From an uncultured cyanobacterium (GTDB lineage Bacteria; Cyanobacteriota; Cyanobacteriia; Cyanobacteriales; CAWCAG01): a stretch of DNA of 64,000 bases. The position numbers and the translations under genes are program-made. Where the stretch lies: positions 778,174 through 842,173 of the forward strand of contig CAWCAG010000005.1 in assembly GCA_963793425.1 (NCBI GenBank), in the 5' to 3' direction. Under the pieces are notes generated by a model. That model made no database searches and was not told the DNA's origin. It saw only the letters and a list, made by a program, of their open reading frames with translations. Below are positions 1 through 9,625 of the stretch, one piece after another. The first letter of the stretch is position 1, and each line of letters begins with the position of its first letter.

Positions 1-122
1 TCTCTATCTCTAATAAGAGTTTTTCTGTAGAGGGTTGTTCTTCTTGCTGCATTGCCCAGGATAAGATTCATTTTTTTGTGTAAATTCGACTAAGCCCCTT
101 CAGACTAGGCAATGATATATTT

Positions 123-165
123 TTACCTATTACCTATTACCTATTACTTATTACTTAATTACTCA
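123..165. repeat. heptamer array TTACCTA x3 / TTACTTA x2 (+ partial)
   Basis: ttaccta ttaccta ttaccta ttactta ttactta, directly downstream of the SiaC-like gene's stop. Confidence 0.85.
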
Positions 166-170
166 CTCCC

Positions 171-515
171 TCATGCCCATTCTAATTCTAAATTAGGCAT
201 TAAGCGTTGAAGGTTTTTTAAAGATTTCCCCTGCCAAGGAACCTGCTTAGATCCCTGTACTACCATAGAAACATCCTTTTCCTGGCGGACTTTAATAACA
301 AATTTTGATAAAACATTAATACCTGAACTATTAAGAAACTGCAAGTCTTGCAAATTCAAAGTAATAATGGGAGACTTTTGTTCAAGGACTTGGTGTAGTA
401 ACTCAATAATTGGTGCATATTCTTCCATACCACTAAGTCTTAGAGTCCCTTGACAGTTTACCGTTGCTGTAGATTGTTTATAGCAAATACTGTATTCTTT
501 TGTCTTAATCTCCAT
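171..515 (-). CDS. small DUF1987/SiaC-like (slr1659-like) partner-switch protein
   Basis: 114-aa ORF with a purine-rich GGGGGAG just upstream. LNLQDLQFLNSSGINVL resembles the LxYLNTSS core of SiaC/DUF1987. It is the third gene of a PP2C / GHKL-kinase / small-protein triplet. Confidence 0.55.
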   Translation of the reverse strand: MEIKTKEYSICYKQSTATVNCQGTLRLSGMEEYAPIIELLHQVLEQKSPIITLNLQDLQFLNSSGINVLSKFVIKVRQEKDVSMVVQGSKQVPWQGKSLKNLQRLMPNLELEWA

Positions 516-530
516 TTCTCCCCCTGTAAG

Positions 531-1112
531 CTATAACTTTAGCTGTACCAATGTGGTTAAAGCAACTATTTCTGGATTTTGCTGCACCGTCTCCAATTTC
601 CAGCCCACCTTTGCCATATAATCATTGATTATGGTTAGAAAGCCTAACCCAGAGTTGGTATCGTTGTCACCCTGAGCATTTTCTTCTAATTGCAGAATAT
701 ATAATTCTTGGGGATCGTAGGTTGCTAGTTTGTTGATAAAAACTTTAAGTTTATCTTGGTATTGAGAACTAATACTATTAGTAGTAGAAAAAACCACTCT
801 ATCGCGGTGAAAATGCAAGCTAATACTGATCGGATAATCCTTTTCTTCATCATTGAACTTCATGGCATTTTCTAACAATTCATTGGCAATATAACTAACA
901 GCACCTTTAATCTCTGCTTGATGCTCCATCTCATTTAACTCAATTTCATTGTTAAGAAAGAAAGTGGTTAAATAGTCTCCTAAAAAATCAGCCGATAAAC
1001 CATTGTTGCGCCAACGTTTCTTGATGGGAACTGAGCTAGGTGAAAATTGCAGGATCAAATATTCTTGAGTTGCAGGTAGATTGTGTCCGTAGTCTCCAAA
1101 TACTTGCTTCAT
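531..1112 (-). CDS. minimal GHKL-type Ser/Thr kinase-like protein (SiaB/RsbW-like, slr1658-like)
   Basis: 193 aa. ELLENAMKF looks like an N-box and SGLGFLTI like a G-box. The start overlaps the upstream stop as ATGA (1109-1112), suggesting translational coupling. Confidence 0.55.
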   Translation of the reverse strand: MKQVFGDYGHNLPATQEYLILQFSPSSVPIKKRWRNNGLSADFLGDYLTTFFLNNEIELNEMEHQAEIKGAVSYIANELLENAMKFNDEEKDYPISISLHFHRDRVVFSTTNSISSQYQDKLKVFINKLATYDPQELYILQLEENAQGDNDTNSGLGFLTIINDYMAKVGWKLETVQQNPEIVALTTLVQLKL

Positions 1113-3601
1113 GGTAATTCAATTATTTCTAACCCTTTTCTTTTAATTGCCACCAAAGTAATATCATCATAAACTTTTTGTTCTCCAATATATCCTTTAA
1201 CATGGCTGATCACCTCAGAACAAACTTCCTCTACCGATGCAGACCAATTTTGTTGGATTACTTTACACAATCTTTCTATGCCATAGTGCAAACCCTGCTC
1301 ATTTTCAGCTTCAGTAATGCCATCTGTATAAAGTATTATTCCATCTCCTGGCCCTAACTCTACCTTTGTTTCTGCTAAGAACTCAACTACATCTTCAATT
1401 AAACCTAAAGGAAAACCTAAATCAATGGTATCAATCCGCTCAATTTCGCCATTTTGGCGTACTAAAATGACTTCTTCATGCTGTCCACTCAAGGTGAGAA
1501 TACCTGCTTGGTAGTCAAGTAAACAAAGGGTAAGATTTTTTTCGGAACTCATACGTTGGACATTTTCATACACTGTCCAATTAATGGCTTCTAGGTACTT
1601 TTTGAGATCAGTCTCACCATTGGCTAAGAGGGTTCGTACAGCAGTTTGTACCATCAACATTAGTACTCCACTCTCTAATCCATGGCCGGTCACATCGCCG
1701 ATACCAATTTTAATCCTGCCGTTATGATAGATGACATCATAATAATCTCCTCCCACTTCCTGGGCCGGTTCCATGAAACCAGCTATTTCTAATTCTGGTA
1801 TTTTTTTAAGTTCCTCTTGATTAGGAAGAATCATAGTTTGCAGACGGCGAGTAATATCTACTTCTGAACTGAGGCGTAGGTTTTCTTGTTGCAGTCTTTG
1901 ATTAAGGGTGGTAATTTCTAAGTTAGCTTGAGCTAAAGCTTGTTGGGCTTCTTTGCGATCGCTTATATCTCGAAAAATGCCAGTGTAAAATCCCCCAGAG
2001 GCTAATTTTGCTTCTGATAAGCTAGCTTCTAAAGGTAGGGTTGAATCGTTAGCTTGCTTACCAACAACTTCATGTAAACCTACTCCTAATAAATTCTCTA
2101 AGGAAATATCTTCCGGCAATTCTAAAAGTTGATACATCGACATTCCGACTAAATTACTAAGAGGATAGCCGAAAATCACTTCTGCACTAGGATTAGCCAT
2201 AATAATTTGTAAATCTAGTTTGCTGAAGGTAATGATGGCATCAGTAGCGGTTTTAAAAAGTGCTTCAGTGCGGCTTATAGCTTCTTCTAAAGCATCCATT
2301 ACCTGGTTGTAGCGTTCGGCAATTAAGCCGACTTCGGTAAAGGGTTCTAGGGGAACACGCAAGCTTAAATCTTGGGTTTGAGCTTGCAAATCCATAACCT
2401 TAAATAAGTCATGAATTTCTGTTTTAGCACGATGTTCTGATATATTTAGACCAACTTTTTCTTGTTCTAAGGAAACTCGTAAAGGGAAGAAGCGGTTAAG
2501 AGTGCGTAGTAACAAGTAACTTAAACCAAAAGACCAGACAAAACAGACAAAAATCCCCAACAATTGTACTAATATTTGGTTTCCTTTCGTTAACCCCGTA
2601 GCTAACAAATCCGCTTTACCAAACAAAGCCACAGCCAAAGTTCCCCACACCCCAGCCCCGGCATGAACGGCGATCGCATCTACTGCATCATCAATACGCC
2701 AACGCCGAAGCCAATAGGAAACAAGTATAGTAACTCCTGCACCAATTGAGCCAATAATTACCGCTTCTGCAGTGTTGACGACATTACAGTTAGCCGTAAT
2801 CGCCACCAATCCGGCTAGGGAACCATTAATCAATATTTCTACTTCCGGGATTTTGTGCTGCTGCCAACCAATTATTCCGGCGGTAATCATCCCTGCCACC
2901 CCAGCTAAGACAGTGTTAACAATGATGCCAGGGACTTGCTCATTTAATTCTAAGGTACTGCCACCATTGAAGCCTAACCAGCCGATCCACAATAACATGG
3001 CTCCTAAAACAGAAAATTGTAAATTGGAGCCGTGAATCTTACGGGGCCTTCCTTCAGGGGGAAATCTGCCAGTGCGAGAACCAATAACGAATAAAGCGGC
3101 TAAACCTACCCAACCTCCTACGCTATGAACAACTGTAGAACCAGCAAAATCTAAAAAACCAAGTTGTTTTAACCACCCGGCTTGGTTCCAACTCCAATGG
3201 CCAAAAAAAGGATAAATTGTACTGGAAACTAAAACTGTGGTGGTTAGGTAGGCCCCAAACTTCATGCGCTCCGCCACTGCCCCTGAAACGATGGTGGCAG
3301 TAGTGCTACAAAACATGGCTTGGAAGAGGAAGAAGGCAGCTTTTTGAGCTTGGGAGTCTAAATTGACCAAAAAGTCTGTTGAGCCAACCCAGCCCCCTTG
3401 GGAAACCCCGAACATCCAGGCATAACCAAATAGCCAAAAGCAGGCTACGGAAATGCCGAAATCTGCTAAGTTTTTCACCGCAACGTTAATACTATTTTTG
3501 GAGCGGGTTAACCCAGACTCCAAACACATAAATCCTGGTTGCATTAAAAACACTAAACCAGCAGAAACCAGGAGCCAGAGGATGTTGATAGTTGTCTCCA
3601 T
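1109..3601 (-). CDS. ammonium-transporter (Amt) domain fused to PAS and a PP2C/SpoIIE phosphatase
   Basis: 830 aa. The N-terminal ~400 aa carry Amt signatures (LVFLMQPGFMCLESGLTRSKNSINVAVKN, STVVHSVGGWVGL, GLNISEH). A PAS-like segment and coiled coil follow, then PP2C motifs (GGDYYDV, GDVTGHGLESG, LYTDGITEA). Confidence 0.85.
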   Translation of the reverse strand: METTINILWLLVSAGLVFLMQPGFMCLESGLTRSKNSINVAVKNLADFGISVACFWLFGYAWMFGVSQGGWVGSTDFLVNLDSQAQKAAFFLFQAMFCSTTATIVSGAVAERMKFGAYLTTTVLVSSTIYPFFGHWSWNQAGWLKQLGFLDFAGSTVVHSVGGWVGLAALFVIGSRTGRFPPEGRPRKIHGSNLQFSVLGAMLLWIGWLGFNGGSTLELNEQVPGIIVNTVLAGVAGMITAGIIGWQQHKIPEVEILINGSLAGLVAITANCNVVNTAEAVIIGSIGAGVTILVSYWLRRWRIDDAVDAIAVHAGAGVWGTLAVALFGKADLLATGLTKGNQILVQLLGIFVCFVWSFGLSYLLLRTLNRFFPLRVSLEQEKVGLNISEHRAKTEIHDLFKVMDLQAQTQDLSLRVPLEPFTEVGLIAERYNQVMDALEEAISRTEALFKTATDAIITFSKLDLQIIMANPSAEVIFGYPLSNLVGMSMYQLLELPEDISLENLLGVGLHEVVGKQANDSTLPLEASLSEAKLASGGFYTGIFRDISDRKEAQQALAQANLEITTLNQRLQQENLRLSSEVDITRRLQTMILPNQEELKKIPELEIAGFMEPAQEVGGDYYDVIYHNGRIKIGIGDVTGHGLESGVLMLMVQTAVRTLLANGETDLKKYLEAINWTVYENVQRMSSEKNLTLCLLDYQAGILTLSGQHEEVILVRQNGEIERIDTIDLGFPLGLIEDVVEFLAETKVELGPGDGIILYTDGITEAENEQGLHYGIERLCKVIQQNWSASVEEVCSEVISHVKGYIGEQKVYDDITLVAIKRKGLEIIELP

Positions 3602-3848
3602 AATGAGTCGGGGAATTTATTGTTAGAGTGCAACTAGTTTAAGCACAATTATCTCTGTTGGGAAGCTAAGCTAGTCTCAAGATAATAGTTTTTTGGAAAT
3701 TCCCCGCTAATTATCTTTCATCTCACTCAAGTTGAACATTAAGCGAACGTGATCGCAGACGAAGGTGTTCGACTATAGAAATAAGGAAGGGGTGGTTTAT
3801 GGTAACAAAAATAATGGGGACAACTAGGTACTACTAGTCTATTAATTC

Positions 3849-6668
3849 ATGCAAATTTCAACTTCTTGTCTCAAACTACCTGCCCTGGAACAAATTATTA
3901 ATTCCAATCCTTTAGTTGTACCTCCTAATGCCTCAGTTAGAGATGTGATGACTTTTCTGCTCCAGGGGCAAAAAGGTACTCGTGGTGAATTTTGTGCTGT
4001 TGTTGAAGAGCAAGGGAAAATCCTAGGAATATTGGCTCAACAAGATGTTATTAAGTTAGCAACATTGGAAAAACGTTGGGAATTTTTTACTGTTGCAGAT
4101 GTAGTAGAGAAAAACCATGTTGTTTTAGCTGAGGCTCAATATAATGATGTTTTTCAAGTTTGTAGTTTGTTGCGCCAATATGAAACTGACTACTTACTAG
4201 TTGAGGATCAACAAGGTAGCTTGAAAGGAGTGATAACCTCTGAGTTAATCCTCAATTCTTTGCAGGGAAGTCATATTTGGCAACAGGGTTTTGTTGGTGA
4301 GGTAATGAATACTGATGATTTCAGCGTTACTCCCCAAACTTCATTGCTTCAAGCTGCTCGATTAATGTCTGAAAACGAGAGAGATTGGGTGATTATTGCT
4401 CAAGATGTTCAACCTTTGGGATTGGTGACAACTAAAGATATTATCCAGCACCAACTTAATAGCTCTGATTTGGCACAAGTCCAAGCTTTGGCAGTAATGA
4501 ATACTCTCCCATCAAAAGTTTTAGCAGAAGATTCTTTGGATTCAGCATGGCAGAAAATACAGCAAAATAGTTGGCAACCATTATTAGTTACAAATAGTCA
4601 AGGAGCATTACTAGGAACTTTAACTCAAGCTAGTTTTTTACGATGCCTTGAACCCAGGGAAATGTATAGTAAACTTGAGTTGTTATACCGAGAAAATCAA
4701 CAGCTTAGAAGCGAAAAAGCTCAGCTTTTAAAATCTCAATCTCATGAAACAGAAGCAGAATTAGAAGGAGCAAAAGACCAACTTCAAGCCGTTTTAGATG
4801 CTATGCCGGGAACTATTTCTTGGATTGACTCTGATTTATGTTATTTAGGAGTTAACAAACAATTAGCTAGTCTTTTTAATAAACCGACAGAAGGTTTTGT
4901 TGGTAAAAAAATTGGCTTTTTTAAAGAAAACGATGAATTTGGTTATCACATGGAACGTTTCTTTGCTAGTTCTCAGCAAGAATCTTCCTTAGAAGTAGAA
5001 ATGCAAGTTGGTGACTCATTTAATAATTATTTAGTTGTTACTCGTAAGTATAATCATAATCGAGCGGCTGTGGCTGTAGGGGTTAACATAACTGACCGCA
5101 AAAAGACAGAGATGGCTTTGGTTAAAAGTGCTGCTACTAATCGCGCTCTAATTAATTCTATTCCTGATTTAATGTTCTGCTTTAATCATGATGGTATATT
5201 CCTAGATTATAAAGCAGCAAAAGATTATGAAGCAGCAGTTTCTCCAGAAGATTTTTTAGGTAAAAGAGTAAATGAAGTGCTGCCACCACAAATATCTCAG
5301 TCAGTTTTGCAATGTATAAAGCGGGCTTTACAAACCAAAGAAATACAGTCTTTTGAATATCAGTTACCTCGAAGTTATCAGGATAACAAGATCAGAGATT
5401 GGGAAGCCCGTCTTTTTGTTAGCAATGAAAATGAAGTTATGGCTATTATAAGAGATATTACAGAACGCAAACGTTCGGAAACTGAATTACGTCGTCAAAG
5501 TCTTAAATCTCGACTATTCGCTGAAATTAGCTTGAAAATTCGCCAATCTTTGCAATTAGAAGAAATCTTACAAACCACCGTTACAGAAGTACAGCAGATA
5601 TTTCAAGTAGACAGAGTTTTAATTTATCATTGCTTAGCTTCTGGGCTAGATAAAGTTATTATGGAGGAGGTTTTATTAGGTTGGCCAAAAACTTTAGGGA
5701 TGTCTTTTCCCCAAGAAGTATCCTTTCAAAATCACCAAGATAGTTGGAGACAAGGAGAAGTTTTAGCTATTGCTGATTTGGAGAAAGAATATGGGAAAAC
5801 TTCACCGTCTATAGTCGCTTTCTGGCAAAATTGGTTTGTTAAAGCGAAGTTGGTTGTACCTATTTTACAACAAGAAAAACTTTGGGGCTTAATCATAGTT
5901 CATCAATGTTCTAGTTGCCGACATTGGAGTAATTTTGAGACAGAACTATTACAGCAGCTAGCTGATCAAGTAGGTATTGCTATTTCTCAAGCCCAACTTT
6001 TAAAGGAACAGCAAGAAAGTGAAGCGATGATTCGAGCATCTCTACAAGAGAAAGAGGTTTTGTTAAAAGAGATTCACCATCGAGTTAAGAATAATCTCCA
6101 GGTCATTTCTAGCCTTTTTTCTTTACAGTCTTATTATCTTGAAGATTCTAAAGCTTTGCGAGTACTTGAAGATAGTCAAAGTAGAGTCAAAGCCATGGCT
6201 TTAATTCATGAAAAAATCTATAACTCTCAAGATTTGTCTAAGGTCAATTTTGCTAAATATATCCAAGATTTGGCAAACTATTTATTTCATGCTTACGAAC
6301 CTAACCCCCAAGTAGAGTTAGAAATTGATGTCGAGCCTGTCTCCCTAAATTTAGATACGGCTACTCCTTGTGGACTGTTGATCAACGAAGTTATTTCTAA
6401 TGCTCTTAAATATGCTTTTCCTAATAAAAAGAAAGGTAGGATCTGGATTAAGCTTTATTATTTAAACCAGGAAAAAATGGTTTTAGAAATAGGAGATAAT
6501 GGGGTTGGCTTTCCTCCAAACCTTGATTTGGAGGAAACGGAATCATTGGGTCTTCAGTTAGTAAAAGATTTAGCTCAGCAGTTAAAAGGTAAACTAGAAA
6601 TAAATTGTCACCAAGGAACGCGATTGAAAATCACATTTTCTGAATTACAATACCGGAGACGAATGTAA
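3849..6668 (+). CDS. sensor histidine kinase: CBS x4 - PAS x2 - GAF - HisKA_2 - HATPase
   Basis: 939 aa. N-terminal CBS pairs, PAS segments ending in ITDRKK/ITERKR, and a GAF domain. HisKA_2-type H-box EIHHRVKNNLQVISSL and ATPase motif GDNGVGFP. Confidence 0.85.
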   Translation: MQISTSCLKLPALEQIINSNPLVVPPNASVRDVMTFLLQGQKGTRGEFCAVVEEQGKILGILAQQDVIKLATLEKRWEFFTVADVVEKNHVVLAEAQYNDVFQVCSLLRQYETDYLLVEDQQGSLKGVITSELILNSLQGSHIWQQGFVGEVMNTDDFSVTPQTSLLQAARLMSENERDWVIIAQDVQPLGLVTTKDIIQHQLNSSDLAQVQALAVMNTLPSKVLAEDSLDSAWQKIQQNSWQPLLVTNSQGALLGTLTQASFLRCLEPREMYSKLELLYRENQQLRSEKAQLLKSQSHETEAELEGAKDQLQAVLDAMPGTISWIDSDLCYLGVNKQLASLFNKPTEGFVGKKIGFFKENDEFGYHMERFFASSQQESSLEVEMQVGDSFNNYLVVTRKYNHNRAAVAVGVNITDRKKTEMALVKSAATNRALINSIPDLMFCFNHDGIFLDYKAAKDYEAAVSPEDFLGKRVNEVLPPQISQSVLQCIKRALQTKEIQSFEYQLPRSYQDNKIRDWEARLFVSNENEVMAIIRDITERKRSETELRRQSLKSRLFAEISLKIRQSLQLEEILQTTVTEVQQIFQVDRVLIYHCLASGLDKVIMEEVLLGWPKTLGMSFPQEVSFQNHQDSWRQGEVLAIADLEKEYGKTSPSIVAFWQNWFVKAKLVVPILQQEKLWGLIIVHQCSSCRHWSNFETELLQQLADQVGIAISQAQLLKEQQESEAMIRASLQEKEVLLKEIHHRVKNNLQVISSLFSLQSYYLEDSKALRVLEDSQSRVKAMALIHEKIYNSQDLSKVNFAKYIQDLANYLFHAYEPNPQVELEIDVEPVSLNLDTATPCGLLINEVISNALKYAFPNKKKGRIWIKLYYLNQEKMVLEIGDNGVGFPPNLDLEETESLGLQLVKDLAQQLKGKLEINCHQGTRLKITFSELQYRRRM

Positions 6669-6670
6669 CC

Positions 6671-7765
6671 ATGAAACCAACAAAAATTCTCATTGTTGAA
6701 GATGAGATTATCACCGCTAGGGATATATCTTTAAAATTGCAAAAGCTTGATTATCAGGTAGTTGGTATTGCTGATTCTGGAAATGTTGCCCTGGAAAAAG
6801 TAGCTGAATATGAACCAGATTTAGTGCTGATGGATATAGTTTTGCAGGGGGATATAGATGGTATAGAAGTGGCTCAACAAGTTCGCCATTCCTTCAATAT
6901 TCCTGTGATTTATTTGACTGCCTATGTTGATCAAGAAACTTTACAAAGAGCTAAAATAACTGAACCTTTTGGTTATATTCTCAAACCTTTTAAAGGGCAA
7001 GAATTACGTACCCATATCGAAATTGCTTTGTATAAACATAAGTCAGAAATAGAAATCCGTCGTGCTTTAGCTAAGCAAAAAGAATTAAATGAGCTTAAAT
7101 CTCGATTTATTACCCTTGCTTCCCATGAATTTCGTACTCCTTTAACAGCGATTCTCGGCTCTACTGAATTGCTGAGACATTATGGAGAAAGTTTACCACA
7201 AAATAAAATAAATCATTATCTTGAAAAAATCAAAGCTACTATTAAAGGAATGACAAATACTTTAGATAGTATTTTAACTCTTAGTCAAGCAGAAGCGGAT
7301 AAAATTATTTTTAAACCAGTCCCTTTGAATTTGGGTGAAGTTTGTCAAGATGTGGTTAGAGAGTTTCAAGGAGATGAGGAGGAAGAGAAAAGGATTGTTT
7401 TTATTGATAAATGTCTATTAAATTCTGTTTTAGCAGATAAGAATTTAATTCGTTATATTATGACTAATTTATTAGTTAATGCGATTAAATATTCTCCTAA
7501 AAATAGCAAAATATTGTTTTCTTTAATTTGCCAACAGGAAGAAGCTATTTTGACAATTGAAGATAGGGGAATTGGTATCCCATCAGAAGAGTTGGATAAG
7601 CTGTTTGATTCTTTTTATCGGGCTAGCAATGTAGGAGATATTCCAGGAACTGGTTTAGGTTTATCTGTAGTTAAGCAATTAGTTGATTTGCATGGTGGCA
7701 ATATAAAAGTAGAAAGCGAGTTAGCAAAAGGAACAACTTTTACAGTTGCTTTACCGTTAGGGTAG
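6671..7765 (+). CDS. hybrid response regulator / histidine kinase (REC-HisKA-HATPase)
   Basis: 364 aa. REC motifs (ILIVEDE, DLVLMDI, KPF), H-box SHEFRTPL and ATPase motifs EDRGIGIP and GTGLGLS. It starts 2 nt after the upstream stop. Confidence 0.9.
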   Translation: MKPTKILIVEDEIITARDISLKLQKLDYQVVGIADSGNVALEKVAEYEPDLVLMDIVLQGDIDGIEVAQQVRHSFNIPVIYLTAYVDQETLQRAKITEPFGYILKPFKGQELRTHIEIALYKHKSEIEIRRALAKQKELNELKSRFITLASHEFRTPLTAILGSTELLRHYGESLPQNKINHYLEKIKATIKGMTNTLDSILTLSQAEADKIIFKPVPLNLGEVCQDVVREFQGDEEEEKRIVFIDKCLLNSVLADKNLIRYIMTNLLVNAIKYSPKNSKILFSLICQQEEAILTIEDRGIGIPSEELDKLFDSFYRASNVGDIPGTGLGLSVVKQLVDLHGGNIKVESELAKGTTFTVALPLG

Positions 7766-7905
7766 AGAGTGAAAGTATTTCCACTTATAAATAAACTAAT
7801 AATTTCGAGTATTTACGGCTTACTCATGGAACTTTATTTCTGCTATAGTATAATACTAGTTGATTATATGTAAAAAATATGGATACATACTATACAGATT
7901 AGATA

Positions 7906-9515
7906 ATGCACAGAATTATTTCTTCCCATCTAAAGACCTTCTCTAAAGAGCATGAAATTGAATCCAGTAAAGAAACAGAAAGGTTTGAGCATTTTGTTAA
8001 TTACTGCATAGCCTCCAAATATTATTCTGGACGTATAGATACATCTGATATTACTACTGATAATGATGATGCAGGTATAGATGGAATCATTATCATTGCT
8101 GACGGAGAGTTAATTACTACAGAGGAAGAGATTAGTGATATTTTCGAGTCTCATAAAAGGAATATTGAAATAGATTTTATTTTTGTACAAGCTAAGACTT
8201 CAGAAAAATTTGAGAAGAGTCAAATTACAAACTTTGGTGAAGGAGTATATGACTTTTTAAGTGAAGACCCAGAGTTGCCTCACGGCGATTTACTGTTAGA
8301 AGCTCATAAAATATTTAGTAAGATAATTGATAATGTTTCTAAAGTGAAAGGTGGAAAACCTAATGCTAAGACTTACTTTGTTACAACTGGCATATGGGAC
8401 GAGCCTAGAGAGTTATCTGCATCCTTAAAGACAAATCAAAAAAAAATAGACAGCACGGGGTATTTTGGAAAAGTAGAATGTCTAAAAATAGACAGAGATG
8501 AATTAATTAAACTATGGAGCAGTATTCATCAACCAGTCGAGGCGACAGTGAGAGTTAAAGGATATGTTCCCTACGAGAATATCAAAGGAGTCGAAGAAGC
8601 TTATATCTGTGTTATTCCGGCTAAGAATTTCATCAACTCTATCCTAAAAGATGATGAAGAGCATATTAAAAGTGGGATTTTTGATGAGAATGTGAGAGCT
8701 TTTTTGGGGGCAGATAATTCTGTAAACTCAAACATCAAAGCTACTCTAAATTCAAGCGAAAAAAGAGATCGTTTCGCTATTTTAAACAACGGAATCACCA
8801 TTGTTTCACCAGATGTGAGAGTCCAGAGTGATAGCATCAGCATATTTAATTATCAAATTGTTAATGGTTGCCAGACAAGCCATGTGTAGCAGATGAAAAA
8901 TTCTTGTCCCTTAAGTCAAAAGCAAAAAATGTAGAAGTTTATTTTAACAGTTGTAATGATGATGTAAATGAGGATTCAAAAATCTATTTTGAAAGGAGAG
9001 AAAAGCAGTATGCTGGTATGGGAATATCAGACTCAAAGATTTTTGATATAAGAACTGTAGCCCGTGCTTTTTCTGCAATGTTCCTAGAAATTCCTCATAC
9101 AGCAGCAAACTATCCAACACAGATTTTTCAGCAGTCAGGAAATAAATTGTTTCAAGATGAACATAATGAAATTGCTTATTATTGTTCAACCCTTGCTTTC
9201 TATAAGTTTAAGAAGCTTTTCAATAGCAAAAAACTTCCTAAAAACTCTATAAAATACAAATGGCACACACTAATGCTATTAAAGTATGTGATAAAGGATA
9301 AAGAAGACACCCCAAAGTTAGAGTCAAAAAAAATAACAAAGTACTGTCAAGATATTATTAAAGTTTTAAGTAGTCCTCGCGAGGAGTTTATAGACAAATA
9401 CGAAAGGTGCATGGAAATAATAGAAGCAGGTGGCTGGGTGAGTAAAGATAGGCTAAAGACTTCTAAGCATACTGAAGAGTTAAAGCAAATCTTAGCTGGT
9501 AAAAAAGTTAAATAG
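7906..9515 (+). pseudogene. AIPR-family abortive-infection protein, split into two frames (7906-8889 and 8868-9515)
   Basis: The N-terminal part has DAGIDGIIII...IDFIFVQAKTS (D...QxK nuclease-like) and the AIPR hallmark IVNGCQTS. A stop follows immediately at 8887-8889. The reading continues in another frame with an AIPR-like C-terminal region (YFERREKQYAG...). The DNA is AT-rich. Confidence 0.65.
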
Positions 9516-9625
9516 TGAGTTGTTTGCAGAACAATTTCTTGAATACGTAATCTTCGCCGTAATTTGGAAGGTGCAAACTCCGTCATTTAAAATCTAGCTA
9601 CATAGCACAATACTCCTTTTAGATT

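Noticed and set aside
3602-3848. A possible glutamine (glnA-type) riboswitch or NtcA box upstream of the Amt-domain gene.
   Set aside because: I could not find the conserved CGUUC...GGACGGAAGUAGG...GGAACG core on either strand. The CGAAC/GTTCG inverted repeat at about 3744-3772 has the wrong polarity and lacks the E-loop sequence. I also saw no GTA-N8-TAC site.
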